NCBI GenBank assembly: GCA_029939995.1
Contig: JAOZRW010000009.1
Location: forward strand, 698-63,352
Direction: 5' to 3'
DNA: 62,655 bases
DNA from: Acidimicrobiia bacterium
GTDB lineage: Bacteria > Actinomycetota > Acidimicrobiia > Spongiisociales > UBA5794
Shown: piece by piece, positions 8,858 through 19,158 of the stretch
Numbering within the stretch: position 1 is the stretch's first letter
Layout: every line of letters starts with the position of its first letter
Notes under the pieces: model-generated
Database searches by the model: none
Seen by the model: only the letters and a program-made list of their open reading frames with translations
What the model was told of the DNA's origin: nothing
Program-made: the position numbers and the translations under genes

Positions 8858-11188
8858 CTATGTGGCGAGAGCGACGAGGGCGGCGTTCACGATCTGGTCG
8901 GGGAGGAATCCCATCGCCCCGTACAGGTCCCGGATGGTGCCGGATTCGCCGAACCGGTCGACACCGATCGGGATGACACGCTGTCCGAAGATCGATCCCA
9001 GCCACGCCATCGAATGAGGCGACGCATCGTGGACGGTGACGATCGGCGCACGGCGTTCCTCCGGCCGGATGATCTCAGCGACGTGCCCGGGGTCGCCCGG
9101 GCGGCTGGCGGTTCGGGCGGCTTCGCTGAGGGATCGGCGCCACGCGTGAAAGAGCCGGTCCTGGCTCGTGACGTCGAGAACCGTTGCGCCGACGCCTTCC
9201 TCTTCGAGGATCTCCGCAGCAGCGAGCACCTCCGGCATGACGGGCCCGGCGGCCGCCAGGATCACCCGTTCGCCCGGGGCCGGTTCGCGGAGCCGGTATC
9301 CGCCGGCGATGACGCTCTGCCGCAGGGTTTCCTCACCCAGGCGCTCGACGGCCGAGGCGAACGGCGATTGATCGAGAGGCCTGGTGGACAGCCGGAGGTA
9401 CCGGCTCTTCCCGCCGGGGGCGCCCAGATCCCGGAGCGCGTCGGTGAGGAGCCAGTCGACGGCCCCTGCGTAGGCGGGCTCGACCGCAACGATGCCGGGG
9501 AGTTCGAGACCGACCGACGGCGTGATGGACGACTGGTGCGCTCCACCTTCGGGTGCGAGCGTCACACCCGACGGCGTCCCGGCCACGATGAACCTGCTGT
9601 CGTTGTACAGCGAGTAGATGAGCGCGTCGAGGCCACGCAACACGAACGGGTCGTAGACGGTCCCGATGGGCAGCAACATCTGGCCGTCGTGCTCGTGCGA
9701 GAGGCCGAGCTGGCCGAGGAGGAGGAAGAGGTTCATCTCGGAGATCCCGAGTTCGATGTGCCTTCCGTCCGGACCCGGATTCCACTTCAGGAGCCGGTCG
9801 GCGGCGGAGTAGTCGACGGTCTCCGTCGGAGAGAAGACCCCCTGTGCGTTGATCCAGCCGCCGAGGTTCGTCGAGACGGCGACGTCGGGTGACACCGTCA
9901 CCATGCGGGCGGCGAGCTCGGGATCGCGGCCGAGTTGAACGAGAACGCGTCCGAACGCCTCCTGTGATGACGTGACGGGCTTCTGGCGTGCGCCGCTCGA
10001 CTCGGGTGCGGGCACGAGCGGTCGCGGTGGCACCGGTTCGTTGTTGATGCCGGCTCCGACCGCTTCGCAGACCTTCCCGGCGGCGCTCTCCGGATCGAAC
10101 CGGTCCCATTCCGACTCCTCGGTGAGCCCGACGGATGTCCGAAGGTCGGCGATCTGGGCGCCCGAGAGGAGCGCCGAGTGGTTCATCGGGTCGCCGGCGA
10201 TCGGCAGGCCCCATCCCTTGATGGTGTAGGCGAAGATCACGCTCGGGCGATCCGTCACGGCATCGGCTCGCCGGTAGGCCCGAATCAGCTCCCCGAGGTC
10301 GTGGCCGCCGAGGTTGCGGATCAACGAGCCGAGGTCTGCGTCGGGCACGGACTCGAGGAACGCCCCCACGTCCGGGTCGGCCCCTTCGAGGAAGCGGGAG
10401 CGGAGCTCCGCACCCTCAACGGCGAAGAGGCTCTGATATCGCTCGTTCGGCATCTCGTCGATCTGTCTCCGGAGCGACTCACCGCCCTCTCGCGCGAACG
10501 CCGCCTGGAGCTCCGCCCCGTACTTGACCTCGATCACGTGCCAGCCGGCTTCGGCGAAGAAGCGAGTGAGCCGGCGTGTCTGGATGCCGGGTACGACACG
10601 GTCGAGGCTTTGACGGTTCAGGTCGATGACCAGCGTCACGTTTCCGAGATTCTGCAGGGCCGGATCGGCGATCGCCTCCCACACGTTGCCCTCGTCGAGT
10701 TCGGCGTCGCCGACCGTCGCGATGAACCGTGCGGGAGGGCGCGGTCCGTGGTGCGCGTCGACGTAGCGACGTGCCGCGGCGGCGAAAAGCGGCGCCACGG
10801 CTCCGAGACCGACCGACCCGGTCGAGAAGTCGAAGACATCCGGGTCCTTGGTGCGGGACGGATAGGACTGGAGCCCGCCGAACTCGCGGAGCCTCGTGAG
10901 ATAGGAGCGGTCCAGTTCTCCGGTGAGGTACTTGATGGCGTGGTAGACGGGCGAGGCGTGCGGCTTGATCGCGACCTTGTCCTCTCCGCCGATGTGGGCG
11001 AACCAGAGCGCCGTCATGATCGACACCATCGAGGCCGAGGATGCCTGGTGCCCCCCGACTTTGATCTCGGTTTCGCCACGGCTGTTGGCGGCGTCGATCA
11101 TCCGGACGGCGAGCCAGAGAACACGCTGCTCGATGGCTCGTAGCGTCGCGATGTCCGGAGATGTCGTCGGCGTGTCCGGGAAAGTCAT
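8858..11188 (-). CDS. AceE-like homodimeric 2-oxoacid dehydrogenase E1 / transketolase-fold enzyme
   Basis: KVGGHQASSAS, LQSYPS, FSTGSVGLG, the TPP motif GDAELDEG, ELGISEMN and EGGAHQS. Start placed at ATG 11188 after GAGGA. Confidence 0.85.
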   Translation of the reverse strand: MTFPDTPTTSPDIATLRAIEQRVLWLAVRMIDAANSRGETEIKVGGHQASSASMVSIMTALWFAHIGGEDKVAIKPHASPVYHAIKYLTGELDRSYLTRLREFGGLQSYPSRTKDPDVFDFSTGSVGLGAVAPLFAAAARRYVDAHHGPRPPARFIATVGDAELDEGNVWEAIADPALQNLGNVTLVIDLNRQSLDRVVPGIQTRRLTRFFAEAGWHVIEVKYGAELQAAFAREGGESLRRQIDEMPNERYQSLFAVEGAELRSRFLEGADPDVGAFLESVPDADLGSLIRNLGGHDLGELIRAYRRADAVTDRPSVIFAYTIKGWGLPIAGDPMNHSALLSGAQIADLRTSVGLTEESEWDRFDPESAAGKVCEAVGAGINNEPVPPRPLVPAPESSGARQKPVTSSQEAFGRVLVQLGRDPELAARMVTVSPDVAVSTNLGGWINAQGVFSPTETVDYSAADRLLKWNPGPDGRHIELGISEMNLFLLLGQLGLSHEHDGQMLLPIGTVYDPFVLRGLDALIYSLYNDSRFIVAGTPSGVTLAPEGGAHQSSITPSVGLELPGIVAVEPAYAGAVDWLLTDALRDLGAPGGKSRYLRLSTRPLDQSPFASAVERLGEETLRQSVIAGGYRLREPAPGERVILAAAGPVMPEVLAAAEILEEEGVGATVLDVTSQDRLFHAWRRSLSEAARTASRPGDPGHVAEIIRPEERRAPIVTVHDASPHSMAWLGSIFGQRVIPIGVDRFGESGTIRDLYGAMGFLPDQIVNAALVALAT

Positions 11189-11305
11189 ATCGTCCTCGGA
11201 TGGCATGATGGTCGCCGCACGATACCGTCCGGTGGAGCGGCTCGAGCGGCATCGGAGCCCGGTCGGCGCGATACGATGACCCGAGCGAGCGTAGGAAGGA
11301 TGCCG

Positions 11306-11986
11306 ATGCACATACCGGATGGTGTCATCGGCCCCGGGGTGAGCGCTGCGGCGGGTGCGGCAGCGGCCGGCGGCTTCGGTGTGGCCGTCTCGCGTGCTCG
11401 GCGGTACCTCACCGATCGCCTCGTTCCCATGGCCGCGCTGGTGACGGCGTTCGTGTTCGCCGCCCAGATGATCAACTTCCCCGTCTTGCCGGGCATGTCC
11501 GGACATCTCCTCGGAGGCGTCCTCGCGTCCGTTCTCGTCGGCCCGTGGGTCGGTTTCCTCGTCGTCTCGATCGTTCTCATCATCCAGGCGCTGCTGTTCG
11601 CAGACGGCGGGCTGACCGCTCTCGGGCTCAACATCATCAACATGGCGCTGATCGGCGCCGTCGGTGGCTACGCCGTGTACCGGGTCGCCTTCCGCGTCGC
11701 CGGGCTTCGCGTCGAGCGAGTAGCCGTCACGGCGGCTATCGCAGCGTTCGTCTCCGTGCCGATGGCCGCCATGGGCTTCGTCGTCGAATTCGCTCTCGGA
11801 GGAACGATCGAGAGCCTGTCCGTCGGCGCCATCCTGATCGCGATGGTCACGACGCACGCGCTGATCGGAATCGGTGAGGGAGTCATCACGTTCTTCGTCA
11901 TCGGGGCCGTGGTGAAGGCGAGACCGGATCTCGTCTACGGTGCGCCGACGTTCGCGGGAACCCGCACCGAGGAGCTGGCATCATGA
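11306..11986 (+). CDS. cbiM: ECF Co/Ni transporter substrate component CbiM/NikM
   Basis: N-terminal MHIPDG metal-binding motif, GMSGHLLGG, FADGG and HALIGIGEG. Confidence 0.92.
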   Translation: MHIPDGVIGPGVSAAAGAAAAGGFGVAVSRARRYLTDRLVPMAALVTAFVFAAQMINFPVLPGMSGHLLGGVLASVLVGPWVGFLVVSIVLIIQALLFADGGLTALGLNIINMALIGAVGGYAVYRVAFRVAGLRVERVAVTAAIAAFVSVPMAAMGFVVEFALGGTIESLSVGAILIAMVTTHALIGIGEGVITFFVIGAVVKARPDLVYGAPTFAGTRTEELAS

Positions 11987-12303
11987 CGAGGAGAGGCCTC
12001 GTGTGGTTCGTCGGAGCGTTGCTCGTCACGGTGCTCATCGCCGTCGTGGGGTCCCGGTATGCGTCGAGCGAACCCGACGGTCTCGAGTACGTCGCCGAAC
12101 GGGAGGGGTTCGCCGATCAAGCGCAGGATCACGCCCTCGCGCAAACCCCGCTGGCCGATTACGGAGACAACCTGGGGACGGACCGCGCGCTCTCGACCGG
12201 GATCGCCGGACTGATCGGCGTCATCGTTGCGATCGCCCTCGGGTTCGGGCTGTTCTGGCTGATCCGGGCGCCGGGGGGCGGGTCGCCTGATTCGACACCA
12301 TGA
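11983..12303 (+). CDS. PDGLE-domain auxiliary ECF component (NikN-like)
   Basis: ASSEPDGLE and PLADY motifs, two TM helices, located between cbiM and cbiQ. Confidence 0.88.
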   Translation: MTRRGLVWFVGALLVTVLIAVVGSRYASSEPDGLEYVAEREGFADQAQDHALAQTPLADYGDNLGTDRALSTGIAGLIGVIVAIALGFGLFWLIRAPGGGSPDSTP

Positions 12304-13064
12304 GCGGAAGCCACACGCACGCCCTCTACCGGCACGGCCATTCCCCGCTCCACGGTGTGGCTCCGCAAGTGAAGATCGTCGGCGCGTTCGGGTTCGTCAT
12401 CGCCGTCGTGCTGACGCCGCGCACCGCCTTCTGGGCGTTCGCCGTCTACGGCGTCGTCGCTCTGGGTCTCGTGGCGTTGGCCCACATTCCCCCCGCGTAC
12501 GTCGCTCGCAGGGCCGTCGTGCTCGCACCGTTCCTGCTGGTGGCGCTGCTGTTCCCACTCGTCGGCTCCGGTGAACGGATCGACGTGCTCGGAGTGTCGT
12601 TGTCGGTCGACGGCCTCCGGGATCTGTGGAACGTGGCGGCGAAAGCAGGCCTCGGGTTCACGATCGCCGTCGTCCTGGCTTCGACGACGGAGATCACGGA
12701 CCTCCTGCGGGGGCTCGAAGCGCTCCACATGCCGCGCATCGTCACCGCGATCATCGGATTCGCCGTTCGCTACATCGACATCGTGGCGGCGGACTTCACA
12801 CGGATGCGGATCGCTCTGGCTTCGAGGGGCTATCACGCCCGATCCGTTCGCGCGTGGGCCATGTACGCCAGAACCATCGGGACGATGTTCATGCGCACGT
12901 ACGAACGGGGGGAACGCGTGTACCTGGCGATGCTCTCACGCGTCTACACCGGAACGATGCCCGCTCTCACCGGCGTTCCCGTGTCCGGGACGCAATGGGC
13001 TGCGGCGGTCGCACTCGTGGGATCGGCGATGGCCGTGATGGCCGTTTCGAGGACCATCGCATGA
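12300..13064 (+). CDS. cbiQ: ECF transmembrane component CbiQ
   Basis: SPLH, ASRG and RTYERGERVYLAMLSR motifs. Confidence 0.9.
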   Translation: MSGSHTHALYRHGHSPLHGVAPQVKIVGAFGFVIAVVLTPRTAFWAFAVYGVVALGLVALAHIPPAYVARRAVVLAPFLLVALLFPLVGSGERIDVLGVSLSVDGLRDLWNVAAKAGLGFTIAVVLASTTEITDLLRGLEALHMPRIVTAIIGFAVRYIDIVAADFTRMRIALASRGYHARSVRAWAMYARTIGTMFMRTYERGERVYLAMLSRVYTGTMPALTGVPVSGTQWAAAVALVGSAMAVMAVSRTIA

Positions 13065-13810
13065 GTACGCCCGTCATCGACATCCAGGGTCTCGGATTCC
13101 GGTACCCGGACGGGACGACCGCTCTCGTCGACGTCGACATGCACATCCATCGCGGCGAGCGCGTTGCGCTCCTCGGACCGAACGGTGCAGGGAAGACGAC
13201 GCTGATCCTCCACATGAACGGCATCCACCTGCCGCAGAGCGGAACCGTGACCGTGTCCGGCCTCCCGGTCGCCCCGGACAGCCTCCTCGACATTCGACGC
13301 AGGGTCGGCATCGTGTTCCAGGATCCGGACGACCAGCTGTTCATGCCGACGGTGCGGGAGGATGTTGCCTTCGGTCCCGCCAACCTGGGGCTCGAAGGAC
13401 GGGATCTCGACGAGCGAGTCGACCGGGCGCTCGCCATGGTGGAAGTCGCGGACCTGGCGGACCGTCCCCCGAACCACCTGTCCTTCGGACAGAAGCGAAG
13501 GGTTGCGATCGCCGGCGTCATGGCGATGCGACCGGAGATCCTGATCCTCGACGAACCGACCTCGAACCTCGACCCGGCCAGCCGTGTCGATCTGACGGAG
13601 ATCCTGAACGAACTCGCCGTGACACAGATGATCGTCACCCACGACCTTCTGTACGCGCTCGAAACCTGCGATCGCTCGATCATCCTCGAAGCGGGGCGGA
13701 TCGTCGCAGACGGGCCGACGTGGGACATCCTCGGCGACGAGGAACTGCTCGCGGCTCACCGGCTCGGCCTCCCGGGGGGTCTCAAGGTCGAGAACCTGAA
13801 GCGCCGCTGA
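13061..13810 (+). CDS. cbiO: ECF ATPase CbiO
   Basis: GPNGAGKT, FQDPDDQLF, LSFGQ and LDEPT; ATG 13061 overlaps the cbiQ stop. Confidence 0.92.
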   Translation: MSTPVIDIQGLGFRYPDGTTALVDVDMHIHRGERVALLGPNGAGKTTLILHMNGIHLPQSGTVTVSGLPVAPDSLLDIRRRVGIVFQDPDDQLFMPTVREDVAFGPANLGLEGRDLDERVDRALAMVEVADLADRPPNHLSFGQKRRVAIAGVMAMRPEILILDEPTSNLDPASRVDLTEILNELAVTQMIVTHDLLYALETCDRSIILEAGRIVADGPTWDILGDEELLAAHRLGLPGGLKVENLKRR

Positions 13811-13848
13811 CCGCGATCACGATCGGCGCCGTCGCCTACGCTGGCACC

Positions 13849-14835
13849 ATGGATGGATACCTCTGGGAGCTCTCGATCCCGCTCCGGCGACCGTTCGCGT
13901 CCGCCGCTGCGGCGATCACGGAACGTCGTGTCGTCATCGTGACCGTGACGGACGGGTCCGTCTCGGGGTGGGGAGAGGCGGCACCGTATCCCGGGGTCAC
14001 ACCGGACACGGTCGACGATGCCCGGCGGACGCTCGTTCGGGGGAGCGTGTTGTCGCCGACGGCGGCTGCGGCCATCGATGAGGCCACGGCCGATCTGGAA
14101 GCACGGCGAGCCGGGCTGTCGCTCGCCGCATCCATCGGAGCTTCGCCATCGCGCATCGTGCCGACGTCTATCGCGGTCGGTCTCGACGAGGACCCGGCCG
14201 AGCGGCTCGAATCCACCGGGGCGTCGGCGGTGAAGCTCAAGATCAGGCCCGGTGACGACTTCAGTCGAGTCGCGGCGCTGCGGGAGACTCATCCGGATGT
14301 CGCCGTCGGCGTCGACGCCAACGGCTCGTACGACTGGGAAACGCGGGAGCCGCTGCTCGGATTGGACCGGCTCGGGGTCGCCTACATTGAGCAACCGTTC
14401 CCGAGAGACGACCTCGAAGCGCACGCCCGGCTCCGGGACGAAATCGTCGCGCCCGTGGCGCTCGACGAGCCGATCGATTCGGTCAACGCGGCGATACGGG
14501 TCATCGAAGCGGGGGCGTGCGACATGATCGTGGTGAAACCCGCACGGATCGGCATCGGCGCCGCCCGGACCGTTCACGACCTCGCCCTGGCGGCCGGGCA
14601 GAGGATCAAAGCGTCCGGCCTGGTCGAGACCGACATCGGACGGGCCTTCACCCGCGCGGTCGCTTCGCTGCCCGGGGCGCACCACTCGGACGTCGCCGAG
14701 GCATCGTGGTATCTGGCCGGGGGCGTTGGACGGAGCAGATCGCGTGAGGTCGGAATCGGGTTCGATCCGGATCCCGAAGTGTTCGCTCCCTACGTCGTGG
14801 CGGAGTCGCCCCTCGGCTCGAGGATCTGGGACTGA
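13849..14835 (+). CDS. Enolase-superfamily o-succinylbenzoate synthase / N-acylamino acid racemase-like protein
   Basis: GWGEA, KLK, DANG, EQP, DEP and VKP motifs; no men genes nearby. Confidence 0.75.
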   Translation: MDGYLWELSIPLRRPFASAAAAITERRVVIVTVTDGSVSGWGEAAPYPGVTPDTVDDARRTLVRGSVLSPTAAAAIDEATADLEARRAGLSLAASIGASPSRIVPTSIAVGLDEDPAERLESTGASAVKLKIRPGDDFSRVAALRETHPDVAVGVDANGSYDWETREPLLGLDRLGVAYIEQPFPRDDLEAHARLRDEIVAPVALDEPIDSVNAAIRVIEAGACDMIVVKPARIGIGAARTVHDLALAAGQRIKASGLVETDIGRAFTRAVASLPGAHHSDVAEASWYLAGGVGRSRSREVGIGFDPDPEVFAPYVVAESPLGSRIWD

Positions 14836-15605
14836 CCGACCCGACCGGCCGGGCCGGACTCGTCGAAGAGCTCCGAGTCGGCGAACCCGATGCCGGTGCG
14901 ATGTTGATGAGCGACGGAGCGCATCCCGAGCCATTCGCCCTCCGGACAGCGGTGAAGCGAGAGGTTCAGATCGGGATTCACGTACAGCCACTCCCGGCCG
15001 TCGAGTGCCATCGAGTTCCCGTTCGCGACGTCGGACAGCGTGGCCGTCCTGGCGAACGGAGTCGTGGTCTCCCCTTCGACGAGCGGGACGGTGAGTCGCA
15101 CCCAGGACAGGCCCGCGCCGGGTGTGAGAAAGGAATCGTTGATCGTGCGGATCTCGATCGCATGACTGTGGAATCGCTCGTGCTCGGTTCGTGTGAAGCC
15201 GAAGCGCCCGAGCGTGACCGGCTCGGCCTCGGCCGGCCCCGGAGGTGGGCTCCAGGCGGGGTTGACGGACGGGATCGCCACGTCCGTCTTCCGGATCTTG
15301 AGTCCCGAGGCACGGGCAACGGTCCGGCCGGCGGCGACGAGTTCGGCGTCGACGACCTGGATCCGACGTCCTTCTCGCACGACATTCGTGCGAACGTCGA
15401 GCGGCATGCCGACGGGGACTTCCCGGAAGAGATCGACGGTGAGCCGAACGACCTGCATCGGGATGACGCTCGGCACCATCTCGACCGCACGGCCGAGGAG
15501 GCCGACGGGCGGGCCGCCGTGTTGAGCTTCGTCGGACCAGAAGCTCCTCGTGAGGCCCGTTGGACGGAAGGAATCTCCCTCCTTGATGAAGAGTGCATCG
15601 GACAT
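14790..15605 (-). CDS. Acyl-CoA thioesterase family (double hot-dog fold)
   Basis: W...QHGGPP, REGRRIQ, DVANG and NPDLNLSLHR motifs; convergent 46-bp overlap with the upstream gene. Confidence 0.8.
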   Translation of the reverse strand: MSDALFIKEGDSFRPTGLTRSFWSDEAQHGGPPVGLLGRAVEMVPSVIPMQVVRLTVDLFREVPVGMPLDVRTNVVREGRRIQVVDAELVAAGRTVARASGLKIRKTDVAIPSVNPAWSPPPGPAEAEPVTLGRFGFTRTEHERFHSHAIEIRTINDSFLTPGAGLSWVRLTVPLVEGETTTPFARTATLSDVANGNSMALDGREWLYVNPDLNLSLHRCPEGEWLGMRSVAHQHRTGIGFADSELFDESGPAGRVGQSQILEPRGDSATT

Positions 15606-15690
15606 GGACGGGACGGTAGTAGGCCGGGACCGGGCCGTCACCGTCGGAGAACTCACACTCATGTAATTCGCACTGGTATGCTTTTTCACC

Positions 15691-18600
15691 GTGCTCCTGA
15701 AGAAGCTCACGCTCGTCGGCTTCAAGTCGTTCGCCGACCGGACCCGGCTCGAATTCGACGCCGGGGTGAACGTCGTGGTCGGGCCGAACGGCTCGGGAAA
15801 GTCCAACATCCTCGACGCCATCGCATGGGTGATGGGGACGCAGGCGACGAGCGCGTTGCGTACCGAGAAGATGGAGGACGTCGTATTCGCAGGAACGGCC
15901 ACGCGACCCGCCGTGTCCCGCGCCGAAGTGTCCCTCACATTCGACAACAGCGACGGATTCCTTCCACTCGATCTCGCCGAGATCACGATCACACGCCGGC
16001 TGTACCGGGACGGCACTTCCGAGTACGAGATGAACCGGACGGCCTGTCGTCTGCTCGACATCCAGGAACTGCTCTCCGACGGGGGCGTCGGCCGGAGCCA
16101 GCACGTTCTCGTCTCTCAGGGTCAGATCGGCGCCGTGCTCACGGCACGCCCGGACGAGCACCGATCGGTCATCGAAGAGGCCGCCGGGATCACGAAACAT
16201 CGTGGACGTCGCGATCGGGCGATCCGCCGCCTCGACGCCACCGAGCAGGACGTCGATCGGTTGAACGACATCCTCTCCGAGAAGCGGCGCGCGCTCCGGC
16301 CTCTCAAGCGACAGGCCAACGCCGCGGCCAGACACGGCTCGGTGAAGGCCGAAGCGAAAGCGCTGCGGCTGTGGCTCGGCGGCGAAGCCGTACGAGCGCT
16401 TCGTGAGCGCGAAGCGAACGCAACCGCCGAGAAGATTGCTCTCACACGATCCCTGACGGCCGACGAGACCGCCCTCCGTCTGACTCACACCGAGCTCGTA
16501 GAGCTCCGTGCCTCGGCCGGCGAAGCCGGAGCGGCCCTCGAACGGGACACCGCCGCCGCGGCGAGACTCGAGACGGTGGTTGAGCGGCTCCGACGATACG
16601 GGCTCGTCGCACGGGAACGGAGGGTCGCCATCGAGGGACGCATCGAAGGAGCCGGTGAGCGGCGCAACGACCTCCTGATCGAGGAGCGGGAGCTCGTCGG
16701 GGGCATCGAGGATGCCGAAGACGCGGAATACCGACTCGCGGCCGAGGCCGAACGCCGGACCACCGCCCTCCAGGCGCTCGAGGAAGAGGAGCGTGCTCTC
16801 GCCGAGCAGGTCCAGCTCCCCGCCGAAGGCCTCGTGGCCAACCTGCGGGGCGACCTTCGCGCACTCGAGAACGCTTCGCAACGCGACCGCCGTGAGCTCG
16901 AAGCGATCACGTCACGCCGCAGCGTGGTCGCCGAACGCCTGGAACGCGAGGCGGTCGAGAGCGTCGAGCTGAATCGGTCCATACAACAGGCCGACGCGGC
17001 CGTCACCGCTTCGCAACGAACCTACGAAGAAGCGCGAGCTCACCGCGTCGCCGCCGAGGAACTGTGGGAACGTGTCGACCGCGAGCACACCGATGTGCTC
17101 CTCGCCGTGGCGGCGGCCGAAGCGCGTGTCGAGGCTCACGAAGCAGCGATCGCCGGAATCGGCGATCCGGAGGCCCGTTCGACGGCTCAGGACCACGGCG
17201 GCGTCGTCGGAGTCGTGGCCGCGGCCCTCGACGCACCGGCCGACGTCGCGATCGCCGTGGACCGGGCGCTCGGTGCATGGGCCGACGCGTTCCTCACCAC
17301 CGATCGCGACGCCATCCACGATGTCGCCGCGCTGCTGAAGTCCGACGGCCTCGGGGGAGTCTCGCTCGTCAATCCGGCTACGAGCGGCGACGCACCTGCC
17401 AGAGCGGCCGCTTCGGAACTCGGATTGGAAGCGCTCGTCGATCTCCTGGGCCCGGACGCCGATCGTACGGTGGCCGAGTCGCTGCTCGGTGACGTCGTTT
17501 ACGCCGAAGGGTGGGAAGCGGCGTGGCGGGTCGTTCAACGCTACCCGGATCTCCGCGCCGTGACGCCCGAGGGAGATGTGATCGCCGCCTCCGGGATGCA
17601 CGTCGCTCAGCCGGACGGAACCGGGTTCGCCGCACTCGAAGCGGCCCGGGTCCAACTCGAGGTTGCGGAGCGGGAACGGTCGCGGACGGCGAGCCGCCGG
17701 ACGATGGTGGAACGGGATCTCGCAGCGGCACGACGCGTGGAGCGGACCGCTCTCGACGATCTCGAAGCGCTCGAAGCCAGAATCGCCGGCCATACGGAAG
17801 CGCTCGACCTGATCGGCCGGGCGATCGCCGAAGGAGAGGCCGAACGGGAGCGTCTCGACGCCCGTGCAGCGGCGATCGGCGAAGCCGAAGCCGCCCGGGA
17901 GGAGCGGATCGCCGAACTCCGGGGCCGCGTCGCGGACCTCGAAGGTGAAGAGGCGGCCCGCCAGGCAGCATGGGAAGCCCTGAATCGCCGACGGGAGGAA
18001 GTCGCAGCGAAGACGGACGAAGCGCGACGGCTCCGTGAGGAGTCGGCGGCCGAGCTCGCGGGAGTGGTCGAGCGCAAGGCGATGTTGCGGCGGCGGCTCG
18101 AACGGGTTCGCTCGGATCTGGGTCAGCTCGCACTCCTCCCGGAGGACGATCCACGGATCGATCGGCTCGCCGAGATCGAGACGCGTTCCGGCCGGGTCAT
18201 GGCGGTGGCTCAACGACACATCTCCGAACTGCGCGAACGCCAGCGTGCCTTGCGCACCGAGGTCGGGGACGTCGCAGGCGCCCTCGAGAGCGCCGAGCAG
18301 CGTAGGGACGAGCTCGAGCGCAAGGTCTCGTTCGCCAAGGAGCGCCTCTCCGAGCTCGCGATCGAGTTGGCGGAGACCCGCGTCAGGAGCGAATCGACGG
18401 CGGAAGCCCTCCGCCGTGACGCCGACGCCACCGTGGAAGAAGCGCTGGCCGCACCCCGGCCGGAGCTCGAAGTGGACGTGGATCCGAACGAACGACTCGC
18501 AAGCCTCGAAGCCGACCTTCGTCGGATGGGGCCCATCAACCCGCTCGCCGCCGCCGAGTACGACGAACTCGCAGGAGAGGTCGCGCTTCTCGAGGAGCAG

Positions 18601-19131
18601 ATCGCCGATCTCGACGAGTCGAGAAGCGAACTCCGCAAGGTCATCTCCGCCCTCGATGAAGAGATGGCGGCGCTGTTCATGGAGGCGTTCGCCGAGATCT
18701 CGGAGCTGTATCAGGAGAACTTCACTCAGGTGTTCCCCGGCGGCCGGGGTCGTCTGCGTCTCGTCGATCCCGATCACCCGCTCGAGTCGGGCGTGGAAGT
18801 GGAAGCACAGCCGCACGGCAAGAAGGTCGGCCGGCTCGCGCTCCTGTCGGGTGGTGAACGCAGTCTGGCGGCGCTCGCCTTCCTGTTCGCCGTGTTCCGC
18901 GCCCGCCCGAGCCCCTTCTACGTCCTGGACGAGGTCGAGGCGGCGCTCGACGACGCGAACCTGCATCGCTTCCTGCGTCTCGTGGACACGCTGCGGGCAT
19001 CGGCCCAGCTCGTGATCATCACGCATCAGCAACAGACGATGGAAGCTGCCGATATGCTGTACGGCGTCACGATGGAACCGGGCGAGTCGTCGAAGGTGCT
19101 CGCACGCCGCATGGCAAAGGTCGACGCCTAG
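15691..19131 (+). CDS. smc: Chromosome segregation protein SMC
   Basis: GFKSFA, GPNGSGKSN, long coiled coils with a hinge, LSGGE and LDEVEAALD; upstream of ftsY. Confidence 0.95.
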   Translation: MLLKKLTLVGFKSFADRTRLEFDAGVNVVVGPNGSGKSNILDAIAWVMGTQATSALRTEKMEDVVFAGTATRPAVSRAEVSLTFDNSDGFLPLDLAEITITRRLYRDGTSEYEMNRTACRLLDIQELLSDGGVGRSQHVLVSQGQIGAVLTARPDEHRSVIEEAAGITKHRGRRDRAIRRLDATEQDVDRLNDILSEKRRALRPLKRQANAAARHGSVKAEAKALRLWLGGEAVRALREREANATAEKIALTRSLTADETALRLTHTELVELRASAGEAGAALERDTAAAARLETVVERLRRYGLVARERRVAIEGRIEGAGERRNDLLIEERELVGGIEDAEDAEYRLAAEAERRTTALQALEEEERALAEQVQLPAEGLVANLRGDLRALENASQRDRRELEAITSRRSVVAERLEREAVESVELNRSIQQADAAVTASQRTYEEARAHRVAAEELWERVDREHTDVLLAVAAAEARVEAHEAAIAGIGDPEARSTAQDHGGVVGVVAAALDAPADVAIAVDRALGAWADAFLTTDRDAIHDVAALLKSDGLGGVSLVNPATSGDAPARAAASELGLEALVDLLGPDADRTVAESLLGDVVYAEGWEAAWRVVQRYPDLRAVTPEGDVIAASGMHVAQPDGTGFAALEAARVQLEVAERERSRTASRRTMVERDLAAARRVERTALDDLEALEARIAGHTEALDLIGRAIAEGEAERERLDARAAAIGEAEAAREERIAELRGRVADLEGEEAARQAAWEALNRRREEVAAKTDEARRLREESAAELAGVVERKAMLRRRLERVRSDLGQLALLPEDDPRIDRLAEIETRSGRVMAVAQRHISELRERQRALRTEVGDVAGALESAEQRRDELERKVSFAKERLSELAIELAETRVRSESTAEALRRDADATVEEALAAPRPELEVDVDPNERLASLEADLRRMGPINPLAAAEYDELAGEVALLEEQIADLDESRSELRKVISALDEEMAALFMEAFAEISELYQENFTQVFPGGRGRLRLVDPDHPLESGVEVEAQPHGKKVGRLALLSGGERSLAALAFLFAVFRARPSPFYVLDEVEAALDDANLHRFLRLVDTLRASAQLVIITHQQQTMEAADMLYGVTMEPGESSKVLARRMAKVDA

Positions 19132-19158
19132 TCCGGTTCCCGGGCACAAGGAGATCCG

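Noticed and set aside
13756-19149. Very long antisense ORFs (1041 aa and 745 aa) opposite smc
   Set aside because: Shadow frames typical of high-GC DNA; they have no motifs and the opposite strand encodes clear proteins.
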